Positions 52,725 through 64,000 of a stretch of DNA of 64,000 nucleotides are shown here, piece by piece. Position numbers and translations under genes: made by a program. A model generated the notes under the pieces. The model was not told the DNA's origin. It saw nothing but the letters and a program-made list of their open reading frames with translations, and ran no database searches. Positions within the stretch are counted from its first letter, which is position 1. Each line of letters starts with the position of its first letter. This DNA comes from the human T2T-CHM13v2.0 reference genome, Homo sapiens: assembly GCF_009914755.1 (NCBI RefSeq), contig NC_060933.1; one strand, given 5' to 3'.

Positions 52725-53074
52725 TGAGAGTGCCTGGAGCCTACCCAACCTGACACCCCCAAAGCCCTCACAGGGTCTGACCTCCCAGCATGCACCCGCC
52801 TCTCCCTGAACCCCAACTGCCCACCCTGCCTGTTCCCTGGCCTCCTCCATCCTGTGCAGACCATAGACTGTGACCATCTCTCCAGCCACTCTGGCCCTTC
52901 CTTTATCTTTGTCCTGTCAGAATCTCTGAGCAGGATCTCCCAGGTCCATCCAAACATGTGCTTTGTCCACTTTTGACTAGGCCCTTGGGCATCACTGGGC
53001 TATCCCAGTTGTACACAGGGCCTTCAATAACGCACATTGCACCTGGCTTATCCAAGCAGTGCTCAGCAGCCCAC

Positions 53075-53970
53075 ATTGACCAGGTCCCTGCTGACCAGAC
53101 CCCATACATCAGGTCCTCCCTGATGACACCCTCACTGATTAGACTCTCATGATCAGGCCCCACTAACAAGGCCCCCACTGCCAGGCACACAATGACAAGG
53201 ACTCCACCAGGACCTTACTGACAAGACCTCACTGACAAGGCCTCAAGGACCAAGTCCTTACTGACAAGTCCTCACTGACTAGGTCATTATTGACAAGGCC
53301 TCACTGATCAGGTTCCACTGATCATGACCTCATTCCCTGGCCCCAAAGATGAGGCCCCACTGACCAGGCCTCCAGGGAACAGGTTGCCACTGATCAGGCC
53401 CCTAATAACCAGGCCTAAGGTCACCAGATGCCCCTGACTGGGACCCTAGTGAGTAGACCCCACTGAACCGGCACCAAATGCTGAGATCCCCGCTGACCAG
53501 GTCACCCTGTAGACCAGTGTTACAAAAGTCACCACTGACCAAGTCCTCTCTGACCAGGATGCTATAGATTAGGTCCCACTGACAAGGCTGCCCTGACCAG
53601 GGCCCCACTGACAAGGGCCTCACTGATGAGGACACGCCCACCAGGGTCTGCTGACTAGGTCCCATGTGTCCAATCCTCCACTGAATAGCACCCCTTGACC
53701 TGGTCACCAGTGCCCCAGCCCATGCTGACCAGGCCAGCACTGAGCCCCAGCTGACCAGATCTCCACTGATAAAGCCCCACAGACCAGGTTTGCACTGAGC
53801 AGACACCAAACAACTGGCAGCCAATAGGTCCCCACTCACCAAAACCCCCACTACTAGACCCCACTAATGAGACCCTCTCTAAGCAGACCCCTGCTGACCA
53901 CGATCCCACTAAATAGTCCTCACTGACCTAGGTCCACTGACCAGGCCCACACTGATCAGGCCCCTCCTAG
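53075..53970. repeat. Degenerate ~14-16-bp tandem repeat (CCCACTGACCAGG core)
   Basis: Dozens of CACTGA(C/T)(C/A)AGG variants at short spacing. Confidence 0.8.
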
Positions 53971-53989
53971 CCACACCGGAAATCCAAGC

Positions 53990-55118
53990 GGCAATGACAT
54001 GTTTCATATGGCAGAAGTTGGAACAAGATAGAGAGAGGGAAGAGGTTCCACAGCCTTTTAAACTACTAGATCTCATGAGAACTCACTCACTATCAGGAGG
54101 ATGGCATTAAGGGCTTGGTGCTTTGCCATTTGTGAAGGATCCACTCCCACCCCTTTATGATTAAAGCTTTTTCCACCTAGGCCCCGATTCTAACATTAGG
54201 GAGTGTACTTTCACATGAGTTTTGGAAGGGGCATAGAGAAAAACCGTATTATTCTGTCCCTGACACCACAAATCTCATGTCCTTCTCACATTGCAAAATA
54301 CAGTCATGCCTTGCCAGCAGTCTCCCAAAGTCTTAACTCATTTCAGCATTAACTCAAAGTTACAAAGTCCAAAGTCTCATCTGGGTCAAGGCTACATTCT
54401 CTTTTGCCTACGAGTCTCTGAAATAAAAGGCAAGTTCACTGCGTCTAAGGTACAGTGATGGTACAGGCATTGTGTAAGCTTTCCATATCCAAAAAGGAGA
54501 CATTTTCCAGAAAGCTTCTTATTTTTATCTGAGGCCCCCTCAGCCTGGCCTTCACCGTCCATGTTTTTGTCAGCATTCTTGTCACAGCCATTTAACCAGT
54601 CTCTAAGATGGTCCAAAAGTGTTCTCATCTGTTTGTCTTCTTTGGAGCCCTCCAAACTCTTCCAACCTCTACCCATTACCCAGTTCCGAAGTTGCTTCCA
54701 CATTTTCAGGTATCTTTATAGCAATGTTCCAGTCCTCATTTGCCATTTTTGGTAAGATTTATTTTGAAAAAGAGGTCTAATTGGCTCATGGTTCTGCATA
54801 GTGGACAGGAAGCTTAGTGCTTCTGCTTCTGGGGGGCCTCAGAAATCTTTCAATCATTGTGCAAGGTAATGAAAGAGTGAATTGTCTCACATGGCAAGAG
54901 GAAATCACGGAGAGTAGGGAGTGATATAGAGTTTTCAGTGGCCAGATCTCACGAGAATTCACTCATGATTGTGAGGACAGTACGAAGGGGATGGTGCTGA
55001 ACCATTCATGAGAAATTTGCCTTCATGATTCAATCACCTTATACCAGGATCCACCTCCAACATTAGGAAGCATAACTCAACATGAGATTTGGTGGGGACA
55101 CATACTTGAATTGCCTCA
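53990..55118 (-). mobile_element. MST (ERVL-MaLR) element: partial LTR, deleted internal region, partial LTR
   Basis: AGATCTCA(T/C)GAGAA(C/T)TCACTCA occurs in both LTR pieces; ORF 54392..54703 (MWKQLRNWVMGRGWKSLEGSKEDKQM) is typical of a MaLR internal region. Confidence 0.8.
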
Positions 55119-55119
55119 T

Positions 55120-56280
55120 CAGTCTTTGAGTATAAAGACATCCATAGCAGGCTTTATCCAGCCAGCTTCTTTGGGATTCTTTATAGGGTTTCAGGTCTAT
55201 AGCATATCCACTAAAATATTCCTACTTCAAAAGGCAATAAAGTAAGTGGTATTATCATTCTTCAAAAAGTTATAATGGTAGTGTAGGCATTCATAATATG
55301 ATTTAGTTCATTTGCTACTGTTTCTATTCTATCACCATATTAACACTTTCCTACACAATTCTATATTCAGCTGGGTTTCAGTTGAGCACAAAGTCATCCT
55401 TGTACTACCACCGATAGCTGGCACCAGCTCTTTGATACTGTTATCATTCTGCTGTAGAAAGTACCCATGAACTGGAAAAAAGTCCACAATCGAATAGCTA
55501 GTCATTCAACACTATCAAATTTTAGGTGACTTTTTGAAAAAATAGTATCTCTTGTTGCAAGAAATGCTCCATCTGTGATTTCAAGTATCTCACTTGAGTG
55601 AATTGGATGGAAGTGGTGAATTTCAGCCAAAGTGGCCAAAGAAATCCTGTTCCTGTGATAATGATGCCATCAGCCTCTGCACCTCTGTCTTCCCTTCTGC
55701 CACATGTTGCCTGTTCTCTGTGACTTTGGTAAGAGCTTCCTTGTGTATGAGGATGATGTCCAGGATGTTGGTCTGGTGTCCCTGAGACAGCACTAACAGG
55801 TCCATGGCTGGGTCCAGATCCTTCCTGGACTGATTGGCAAAGAGCTCACTGATGTTCTTGAAGGCATCTCTGGTGAAGTGGATGGCCTAGTCAAGTTCCA
55901 AGGCCTGGCTGAGGCTGAAGAAAAACTGGCCACCTTCTGATGCTCTTTCTAAAAGCCTGTCACTGTCATCTGCTTGCTTGTCAACTCATTGGCTGTGAGG
56001 TTGAGCTGGGTGGCCTGTGTCCATCTTCTTGGGGAAGCATTTGAAGCCATCAGTCTTGCTTTCCCACCCCTAAAGGTTGATGGTCACCACCTGAGGGTGT
56101 GCTGAGGGTCAGAAAGAAGCCAGCACTCACTATCTCACCCTTCTCAGCCTTCCTCTTGCACTCTCTCCAGGCTGTCTCTTCAGTGCTGGTGGGATACATC
56201 AGAAAGTGATGGAAGATGTGGCACTGTGCCCACACCCAGAGCTGGCCATGTGGTTGGCTCCTCCACCAGAATGGATGCTC
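55120..56280 (-). pseudogene. SNX18P: SNX18 processed pseudogene (end of PX, BAR domain, probable 3'UTR)
   Basis: Minus-strand translations [88 protein letters not shown] and [33 protein letters not shown] match recalled SNX18. There are frameshifts and stops, and no intron at the HK/EALTK junction. Confidence 0.9.
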
Positions 56281-59200
56281 TGGGTGCTCTTTGAGCCAGC
56301 TTGGCCTTGCCTGGCATGCACAGGCCCCAGGTACCGACATGTTGCTCTGAGTGAGCTTGTCCTGCCTTGGGCCAAATTCTATCAGGCCAGGGCCACAAAA
56401 GGCCGAGTCCCATGGGTGGTAATCCTGGCTGCTTTCTGCACTTCCACATAAAGACCTCCTGAAGATGGCCTGTGGTCTACCTCTTTGCAACCAAGAAGCC
56501 CGCAGTGCCATATGAACACTCAGGCATGGACTGGAGCCCCCGAGGAAGCACACACCCTGCTCCTGAACCTGCTGCTCATTTTCTCTGTGTTGCTCCATTT
56601 GTGTCACAGTTGTTGCACAGACTTGTGCATGCCGGGCTAGGCCAAGCTGGCTCAAAAAGCAAGCAGCCACCTCTGCAAGGTTGTGCCAGGAGCCGGTGGA
56701 CCGGCCACCAACCTCACTCGCAGCTGGTCAGGTCACATCAGTTCTTCTACCCTAGAGGTAGGGCCCCAGTGACATATGCTTTTCCTCAGGCCTCTGCTCT
56801 ATCAGTCATCAGGCGGCAACCACTCAGGCTGTGGGAACCTGGCCATCCCTCCTTCCTTGAGTAGCTGAGGTTGCTGGCTTGTACACCTGCTACAGGCACA
56901 GCCTTGCAGATGTGGCTAGTTGCTCTGAGCCAGCTTGGCCTTGCCTGGCATGCATAGGCCCTAGGTACTGACACTCTGCTCTGAGTCAGCTTGTCCTGCC
57001 TTGGGTCAAATTATAAGTCTGGCCAGGGCCATAGAAGGCCCAGTCCCCTGGGTGCTAATCTTGGCTGCTTTCTGCACTTGAACATAAAGTCCTCCTCAAG
57101 ACAGCCTGTAGTCTGCCTCTTGGCGACCAAGAAGCCTACAGTGCCATACGAGCCCTGAGGCATGGACTGGAGCCACAAAGGCAGTGCACGCCCCGTTCCT
57201 GAGCCTGCTGATCATTTCCTCTATATGGCTCCATTTGTAGCACACTTGTTGCAGTGAGGCTTGTGCATGCCAGGCAAGGCCAAGCTGGCTCAAAGAGCAA
57301 GCAGCCACCTCTGCAAGAGTGTGCCAGGAGCAGATGGACCAGCCGCCAACCTCACTCACTGCCAGACGTGGTACATCAGTTCTTCTACCCTAAAGGTAGT
57401 GCCAAGAGGCAGACCACAGGTCGTCTTGAGGAGGACTTTATGTTCAAGTGCAGAAAGCAGGCAGGATTACCACCCTGGGTACTCGCCCTTCTGTGGCCCA
57501 CAGTGCCATATGAGCCCTGAGGCATGGACTGGTGCCATCTGCTTCATACAAAAATTAACTTAAGATGGATTAAATAGTTAAATATACCACCTGCTTTTCC
57601 TCAGGCCTCTGCTCCATCAGCCATCAGGAGGCAGCCACTCAGGCTGTGGAAACCTGGCCATCCTGGCTTCCTTCAGTGGGTGAGGTTGGTGGCTGGTCCA
57701 CCTGCTCCAGGCACACCCTTGCAGAGGTGGCTGCTTGCTCTTTGAGCCAGCTTGGCCTTGCCTTGCATGCACAGGCCTCACCTACTGACACACTGCTCTG
57801 AGTGAGCTTGTCCTGCCTTGGGCCAAATTCTGTCAGGCCAGGGCCACAGAAGGCCGAGTCCCCTGGGTGGTAATCCTGGCTGCTTTCTGCACTTGAACAT
57901 AAAGTCCTCCTCAAGACAGCCTTTGGTCTGCCTCTTGGCGACCAAGAAGCCTACAGTGCCATAGGAGCCCTGAGGCATGGACTGGAGCCCCAAAGGCAGT
58001 GCACACCGTGCTCCTGAGCCTCCTGCTACTTTCCTATATATGGCTCCATTTGTAGCACGGTTGTTGCACCGAGGCTTGTGCATACCAGGCAAGGCCAAGC
58101 TGGCTCAAAGAGCAACCAGTCACCTCTGCAAGGGTGTGCCAGGAACAGGTGGGCCAATCACCAACCTCACATGCTGCCAGTAACGGTACATCAGTTCTTC
58201 TGCCCTAGAGTTAGGCCCCAGTGCCATCTGCTTTTCCTCAGGACTCTGCTCCATCAGCCATCAGGTGGCAGCTACTCATGCTGTTGGAACCTGGCCATCC
58301 GGGCTTCCTTGAGTGGGTGAGGTTGCTGGCTTGTCCGCCTGCTACAGGCACAGCCTTGCAGAGGTGGCTGGTTTCTCTGAGCCAGCTTGGCCTTGCCTGG
58401 CATGCATAGGCCCCAGGTACTGACACTCTGCTCCCAGTCAGCTTGTCCTGCCTTGGGCCAAATTCTAAGTCTGGAGAGGACCACAGAAGGCAGAGTCCCC
58501 TGGATGGTAATCCTGACTACTTTCTGCACTTGAACATAAAGTCCTCCTCAAGACAGCCTGTGGTCTGCAGCTAGGCAACCAAGAAACCCGCAGTGCCATA
58601 GGAGCCCTGAGGCATCGACTGGAGCCCCAAAGGCAGGGCACACCCTGCTTCTGAGCCTGCTGCTCGTTTCGTCTATGTGGCTCCATTTGTTGCACAGTTA
58701 TTACACTGAGGCTTGTGCATGCTGGGCAAATTCTAAGCCACTTAGAATTTGGTCCAAGGCAGAACAAGCTCATTGGGAGCAGCGTGTCTGTACCTGGGGC
58801 CTGTGCATGCCAGGCAAGGCCAAGCTGGCTTAAAGAGCAAACAGCCTCCTCTGCAAGGGTGTGCCAGGAGCCGGTGGACCCACCACCAACCTCACTCGCT
58901 ACCGGTCAGGGTACATCAGTTCTTCTACCCTACAGGTAGGGCCCAAGTGCCTTCTGCTTTTCCTCAGGCCTCTGCTTGATCAGCCATCAGGTGGTGGCCA
59001 CTCATGCTGTGGGAACATGGCCATCCCTGCTTCCTTGTGTAGCTGAGGTTGCTGGCTGCTCTACCTCCTCCAGGAGCACCCTTGCAGTGGTGGCTGGTTG
59101 CTCTTTGAGCCAGCTTAGCCTTGCCTAGCATGTACAGGCCCCAGCTACTGACACACTGCTCCGAGTGAGCTGGTCCTGCCTTGAGCCAAATTCTAAGTCT

Positions 59201-59520
59201 GGCCAGGGCCACAGAAGGCCGAGTCCCCTGGGTGGTAATCCTGGCTGCTTTCCGCCCTGGAACATAAAGTCCTCCTCAGCTGGTCTATGGTCTACCTCTT
59301 GGCAACCAAGAATCCTGCAGTCCCATACAAGCCCTGAGGCATGGACTGGAGCCCCAAAGGCAGTGCACACCCTGCTTCTGAGCTTGCTGCTCATTTCCTC
59401 TGTGTGGCTCCATTTTTAGCAGTTGTTGCATTGAGGCTTGTGTATGCCGGACAAGGCCAAGCTGGCTCAAAAAGCAACCATCCGCATTTGCAAGGGTGTG
59501 CCTGAAGTGGTTGGACTAGC
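56280..59520. repeat. Palindromic ~635-bp unit array, about 5 units (REP522-like)
   Basis: GAGCCAGCTTGGCCTTGCCTGGCATGC at 56293, 56927, 57744, 58379 and 59107 alternates with its reverse complement at about 56627, 57265, 58080, 58805 and 59442. The REP522 name is from memory. Confidence 0.85.
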
Positions 59521-59608
59521 CATCAACGTCGTCCACTCAAGGAAGCAGGGAATGCGTGTTTGTACCATGCATTTCACTACAGGTACATTTCCCCTGAGGT
59601 TGGTGGCG

Positions 59609-61215
59609 TAGTTTTCTTCTAGATTTTTTATGGTTTTAGGTCTTACTTCTAACTCTTTCATCCATCTTACTTAATTTTTGTTTAAGGTGTATGGGTGTGG
59701 CCCAGTTTCAGTTTTCTGCATTTGGCTAGCCAGTTTTCCCAACACCATTTATTAAATAGGGTATCCTTTACCCATTGCTTGTTTTTGTTAGGTGTGTCAA
59801 AGATCAGATGCTTTTAGATGTGTGGTGTCATTTCTGAGGCCTCTGTTCTGTTCCATTGGTCTATAGATCTGATTTGGTACCAGCCCCATGCTGTTTTGGT
59901 TACTGTAGCCTTGTAGAATAATTTGAAGTCAGGTACTGTGATGCCTCTAGCTTTGTTTTTTTGCTGAGGATTGTCTTGGCTATGTGGGCTCTTTTTTGGT
60001 TCCATATGAAATTTAAAGTAGTTTTTCTAATTCTGTGAAGAAAGTAATGGTAGCTTGACGGGGATAGCAATGAGTCTGTAAATTACTTTGGGTGGTATAG
60101 CACTCAGGCACAGAAATGTCCTTGTGTTAGGCAATACCATTCAGGACATAGCCATGGGCAGAGACTTCATCACTAGAACACCAAAAGCAATGGCTACAGA
60201 AACCAAAATTTACAAATGGGATCTAACTAAACTTAAGAGTATCTGCAGCGCAAAAGATACTATTATCAGAGTGAACAGGCAACCCACAGAATGGGAGAAC
60301 ATTGTTGCAATCTATCCATCTGACAAAGGGCTAATATGCAGAATCTACAAAGAACAAATTTACAAGAAAAAAAAAAACCATCAAAAAGTGAGCAAAGGAT
60401 ATGAACAGACACTTACCAAAGAAGACATTTATAGAGCCAACGAACATGTGAAGCAAAGCACATCATCACTGGTCATTAGAGAAATGGAAATCAAAACCAC
60501 AATGAGATACAATCTCACACCACTTAGAATGGCCATCGTTAAAAAATCAGGAAAGAACAGATGCTAGAGAGGATGTGGAGAAATAGGAAAGCTTTTACAC
60601 AGTTGGTGGGAATATAAGTTATTTCAACCATTGTGGAAGACAGTGTGACAATTCCTCAAGGATCTACAACCAGAAATATCATCTGACCCAGCAATCCCAT
60701 TACCGGGTATATACCCCCAAAATTATAAATCATTCTAATATAAAGACACATGCACCTGTCTGTTTATTGTGGCACTGTTCACAACAGCAAAGACTTGGAG
60801 CCAACCCAAATGCCCACCAATGATAGACTGGATAAAGAAAATGTGGCATATATACACCTTGGAATACTATGAAGCCATAAAAAGGGATGAATTCACATCC
60901 TTTGCTGGGACATGAATGAAGCTGGAAACCATCATTTTCAGCAAACTAACAGAAGAACAGAAAATCAAACACCACATGTTCTCACTCATAACTGGGAGTT
61001 GAACAATGGGAACACATGGACACAGGAAGGGGAACATCACACACCAGGGCCTGTCAGGGTGGGGGGCTAGGAGAGGGATGGCATTAGGAGAAATAACTAA
61101 TGTAGATCATGGGTTGATGGATGCAGCAATCCACCATGGCATGTGTATACCTACGTAACAAACCTGCATGTTCTGCACATGTACCCCAGAACTTAAAGTA
61201 TAATTAAAAAAAAAG
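59609..61215 (+). mobile_element. 5'-inverted (twin-primed) truncated L1PA
   Basis: Minus arm 59609 to about 60103 and plus arm 60128-61215 with 3'UTR and poly(A). The arms are contiguous in L1 at AGAAGAAAAC/TAGGCAATACC. Confidence 0.88.
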
Positions 61216-61219
61216 AAAT

Positions 61220-62215
61220 TTGTTTTTAATTAAGCTTTTAATCATAGAACTTGTAAAGAAAATCCTTTTGAATCTTTTATTACCACATCATAGCTGGGAC
61301 AAACTGCTGACGCTTTAAAAGTAACACAAATATCAAACAGAAAGAACTAGACTTAGGAACCAAACTCAGTTTTCTGTAGTGAACAGGGCAGAATCTTCAC
61401 ATTGGGTCACCACCACTACTCCTTCGGTTTGGCCTTGGCTAGCAAAAAGGTGGCCTTTTTATGTAGATGAGACCACTTATGTAAAAAAAAAAAGTTTTAA
61501 AAAATAATTTCTGCTAACTGGAATGTTTTTTGTTGTTGTTTATTTGTTTGTTTGTTTGCAGCCGTAGGAGTTTTAGCCAATTCAGAGGTCTTGCTCCCCA
61601 CAATTTGGAAAATTCCTTTGGATTTGACCAAGTCAGGAAGAGACGGAGAAAAGTGAAACAACAACAATAAAGCCCCAAGCATAAACAAACAAAAAGAGTT
61701 AAGCAAAATAACAAATGCACAATTCATATGATTACTGAGTGTTCTAAAGGTAAGGAGAAACTAAAAGCAGAAATTAAAAGCAGCTGGTGAGTAATCTTAA
61801 ATTTTAGCCATTAAGGAAAAATTTTAAGACAAAACTCTAATTCAGCTACTTACCTGGAAACAAGGCTCAGGCTGGTGATCGTTCTCTGCCATCTTAGAAG
61901 CTGGAAACAATTTACACTCACCTTCCCTGTCAGAAGCAAGCTGAAAGTCAGGAAAGGAGGTGCCTGCTCTCCATCACCACAGAAGCAGGAAAACTTGTCT
62001 TCCTTGTTGGAAATGAGTAAAACTTCAGAAAAGGAGTTGTACAGCAAAATCAAACTTAGATCTCAACCAGATTTTGGGAGATCAGGGACTCTTTGCAGGG
62101 GAGAAGCTCCACAACCTCAGCAAATTATCCTGTTGGTTTGGGCAATAAAGATAGCCCAGGTTGGTATCAATCAATAATGAGATTTATCAAAGGTCAGGAC
62201 CACCTTTGTAATGTC
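61220..62215. mobile_element. ERV1 (MER4-group-like) internal fragment
   Basis: TTTTAGCCAATTCAGAGG..CCCCACAATTTGGAAAATTCCTTTGGATTTGACCAAGTCAGG resembles MER4/MER41 internal sequence. Confidence 0.45.
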
Positions 62216-62219
62216 ATTC

Positions 62220-64000
62220 TCTGTCTTTTTTTTATCTTTATTGGTATATACGTTTTGTCGAAACTAGGGGTGCAACACCTGATTTTTTCTGTTTTCCATT
62301 TGCTTGAAAGATTTTTCACCATTCCTTCATTTTGAGCCTATGTATGGCACTGCATGTGAGATGGGTTTCTTGGAGACGGCATACTCAAATGGGTCTTGGT
62401 TCTTTATCCAGCTTGCCCCTCTGTGTCTTTCAATCGGAGCATTTAGCCAATTTCCATTTAAGGTTAGTAATCGTATGTGTGGATTAGATCCTGTCGTCAT
62501 GCTGTCAGCTAGTTATTTTGCAGACTTGTGTATGTGGTTGGTTTTTAGCATTACTGGTCTGTGTACTTCGGTGCATTTTTGTAGTGGCTGGTGATGGTCT
62601 TTTCTTTCCATATTTAGTGCTTCATTCAGGAGCTCTTGTAAGGTAGATCTGGTGATAATGAATTCTCTCAGCATTTGCTTGTCTGAAAAGGATCTTGTTT
62701 CTCCTTCACTTATGATGCTTAATTTTGCTGGACATGAAATTCTGGGTTGAAATTTCTTTTTCTTTTTTTAACCATTTATAATAACACCATGTTATTATAT
62801 GGTATATCTGTCTCTGCCATACTATGTGAAATTTCTTTTCTTTAAGAAGTTGAATATCTTTTCTGGCTTGTAGGGTTTCAGCTGAGAAGTCTGCTAAGTC
62901 TGATGGAATTCCCTTTGCAGGTGACGTTGCCTTTCTCCCTAGCTGCCTTTAACATTGTTTCTTTCATTTTGACCTTGGAGAATCTGATGATTATATGTCT
63001 TGGGGATGATCTTCTCATGGCTTATCTTACTGAGGTTCTCTGGATTTCCTGAATTGGAATGTTGGCCTGTCTGGATAGGTTGGGGATATTTTCATGAATG
63101 GTATTCTGAAGTATGTTTTCCAAGTTGGTTCCATTCTCCTCATCTCTTTCACGTACACTAATCAGTCATGGATTTGGTCATTTATATAATCTCATATTTC
63201 TCGGATGTTTTGTTCATTCATTTTCCTTCTTTTTTCCCCCATTCTTGTCTGCCTGTTTTATTTCAGAAAGCCAGTTTTCAAGCTCTGGGATTCTTTCCTC
63301 TGCTTGGTCTATTCTGCTGGGTGGTCTTGCACATGAGATGGAGCTGGTCTGACCTCAGCCCTCCTTAGTCTGCTTGCCTCTCCCAGGACCCCAGCCTGGC
63401 CACACCTGCTTACAGGGCAATCTCGGGTGCCCACACACACTACAATAATTTTCATAATGCAATCACACATAATCACCATGTGACTGCATTATGAAAATTC
63501 TTGTAGTGTGCTTTTCAGCTCTATTAGTTCGGTTATGTCTTCTTTATACTTGCTATTTTGTCTGTTAGCTCGTGCAATGTTTTACAATGATTTTTAGCTC
63601 GCTTGTATTGCATGACAACATACTTCACTCAGTGAACTTTGTTCCTACGCATATCCTGAACCCTGCTTGTATCATTCCAGACATCTCAGCCTCAGCCCAG
63701 TTCTGAACACTTACTGGAGAGTGGATACAGTCATTTGGAGGAAAGAAGGCATGCTGACTTTTTGAGTTTTCAGTGTTCTCACACAGATTCTTTCTCATCT
63801 TTATGGGCTTATCCACCTTCCATCTTTGAGGTTGCTGACCTTCGGACAGGGTATTTTTCTTTTATTGTATTTGATGATCTTGAGGGTTTCATTGTGGGAT
63901 AAGGTGGATTCAACCAACTGGCTTTGTTTTTGGAGGATTTTAGGGGGGCCAATGTGCAGCACCCAATTCCTGGACTGTGTGCTTTAACTCTGGGGAACTC
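62220..64000 (-). mobile_element. Older L1P (start of ORF2, ORF1) fragments, interrupted at about 63320-63478
   Basis: Parallels the minus-strand L1 at 25200-26500 (TCTCCTTCACTTATGA, AATCTGATGATTAT); ORF 63625..63816 is ORF1-like. Confidence 0.75.
63436..63510 (+). ncRNA. MIR3118: miR-3118 family precursor hairpin
   Basis: 32-bp arms (63436-63467 and 63479-63510, 2 mismatches) with an 11-nt loop. 63479-63501 TGTGACTGCATTATGAAAATTCT matches the recalled mature miR-3118. Confidence 0.85.

Noticed and set aside
48162-52957. Long repetitive ORFs (SVLESYVRDKHSD / HRIPEHCC..LNVCPS) that look like repeat or zinc-finger proteins
   Set aside because: An artefact of a 48-bp satellite (divisible by 3) with stop-poor frames; no C2H2 spacing or gene structure.
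55500-56670. Functional SNX18-like gene
   Set aside because: Multiple frameshifts, stops and deletions, and the SH3 and most of the PX domain are absent or scrambled.

Overview
This is primate (human or great-ape) genomic DNA that looks like a pericentromeric or acrocentric segmental-duplication mosaic. No intact protein-coding gene is visible; the ORF-track entries are mostly fragments of L1, Alu, LTR, Tigger1, satellite or pseudogene sequence. From left to right: (1) an ERV1 internal region with an env remnant, interrupted by an L1PA7-like element whose 5'UTR intron is precisely spliced out; (2) old L1 and Alus; (3) a CpG-island promoter plus exons 1-2 of a ZNF717-like KRAB-ZNF gene, with no KRAB or finger exons seen; (4) a complete two-LTR MER57-type provirus with TSD and tRNA-Leu PBS, holding a 35-bp VNTR, a full-length L1PA3/4, a MER52 LTR and Alus; (5) a full-length Tigger1; (6) a ~4.5-kb CER 48-bp satellite; (7) an SNX18 processed pseudogene that merges into a palindromic ~635-bp repeat array (REP522-like) carrying SNX18 PX-domain pieces; (8) a twin-primed L1; (9) a MIR3118 hairpin made by fold-back of L1 sequence. 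Family and gene names come from recalled consensus sequences, not a database search. I cannot demonstrate a new biological system. The best leads are the spliced L1, the SNX18-derived palindromic array, and an orphan promoter pointing toward the satellite, palindrome and miRNA block.
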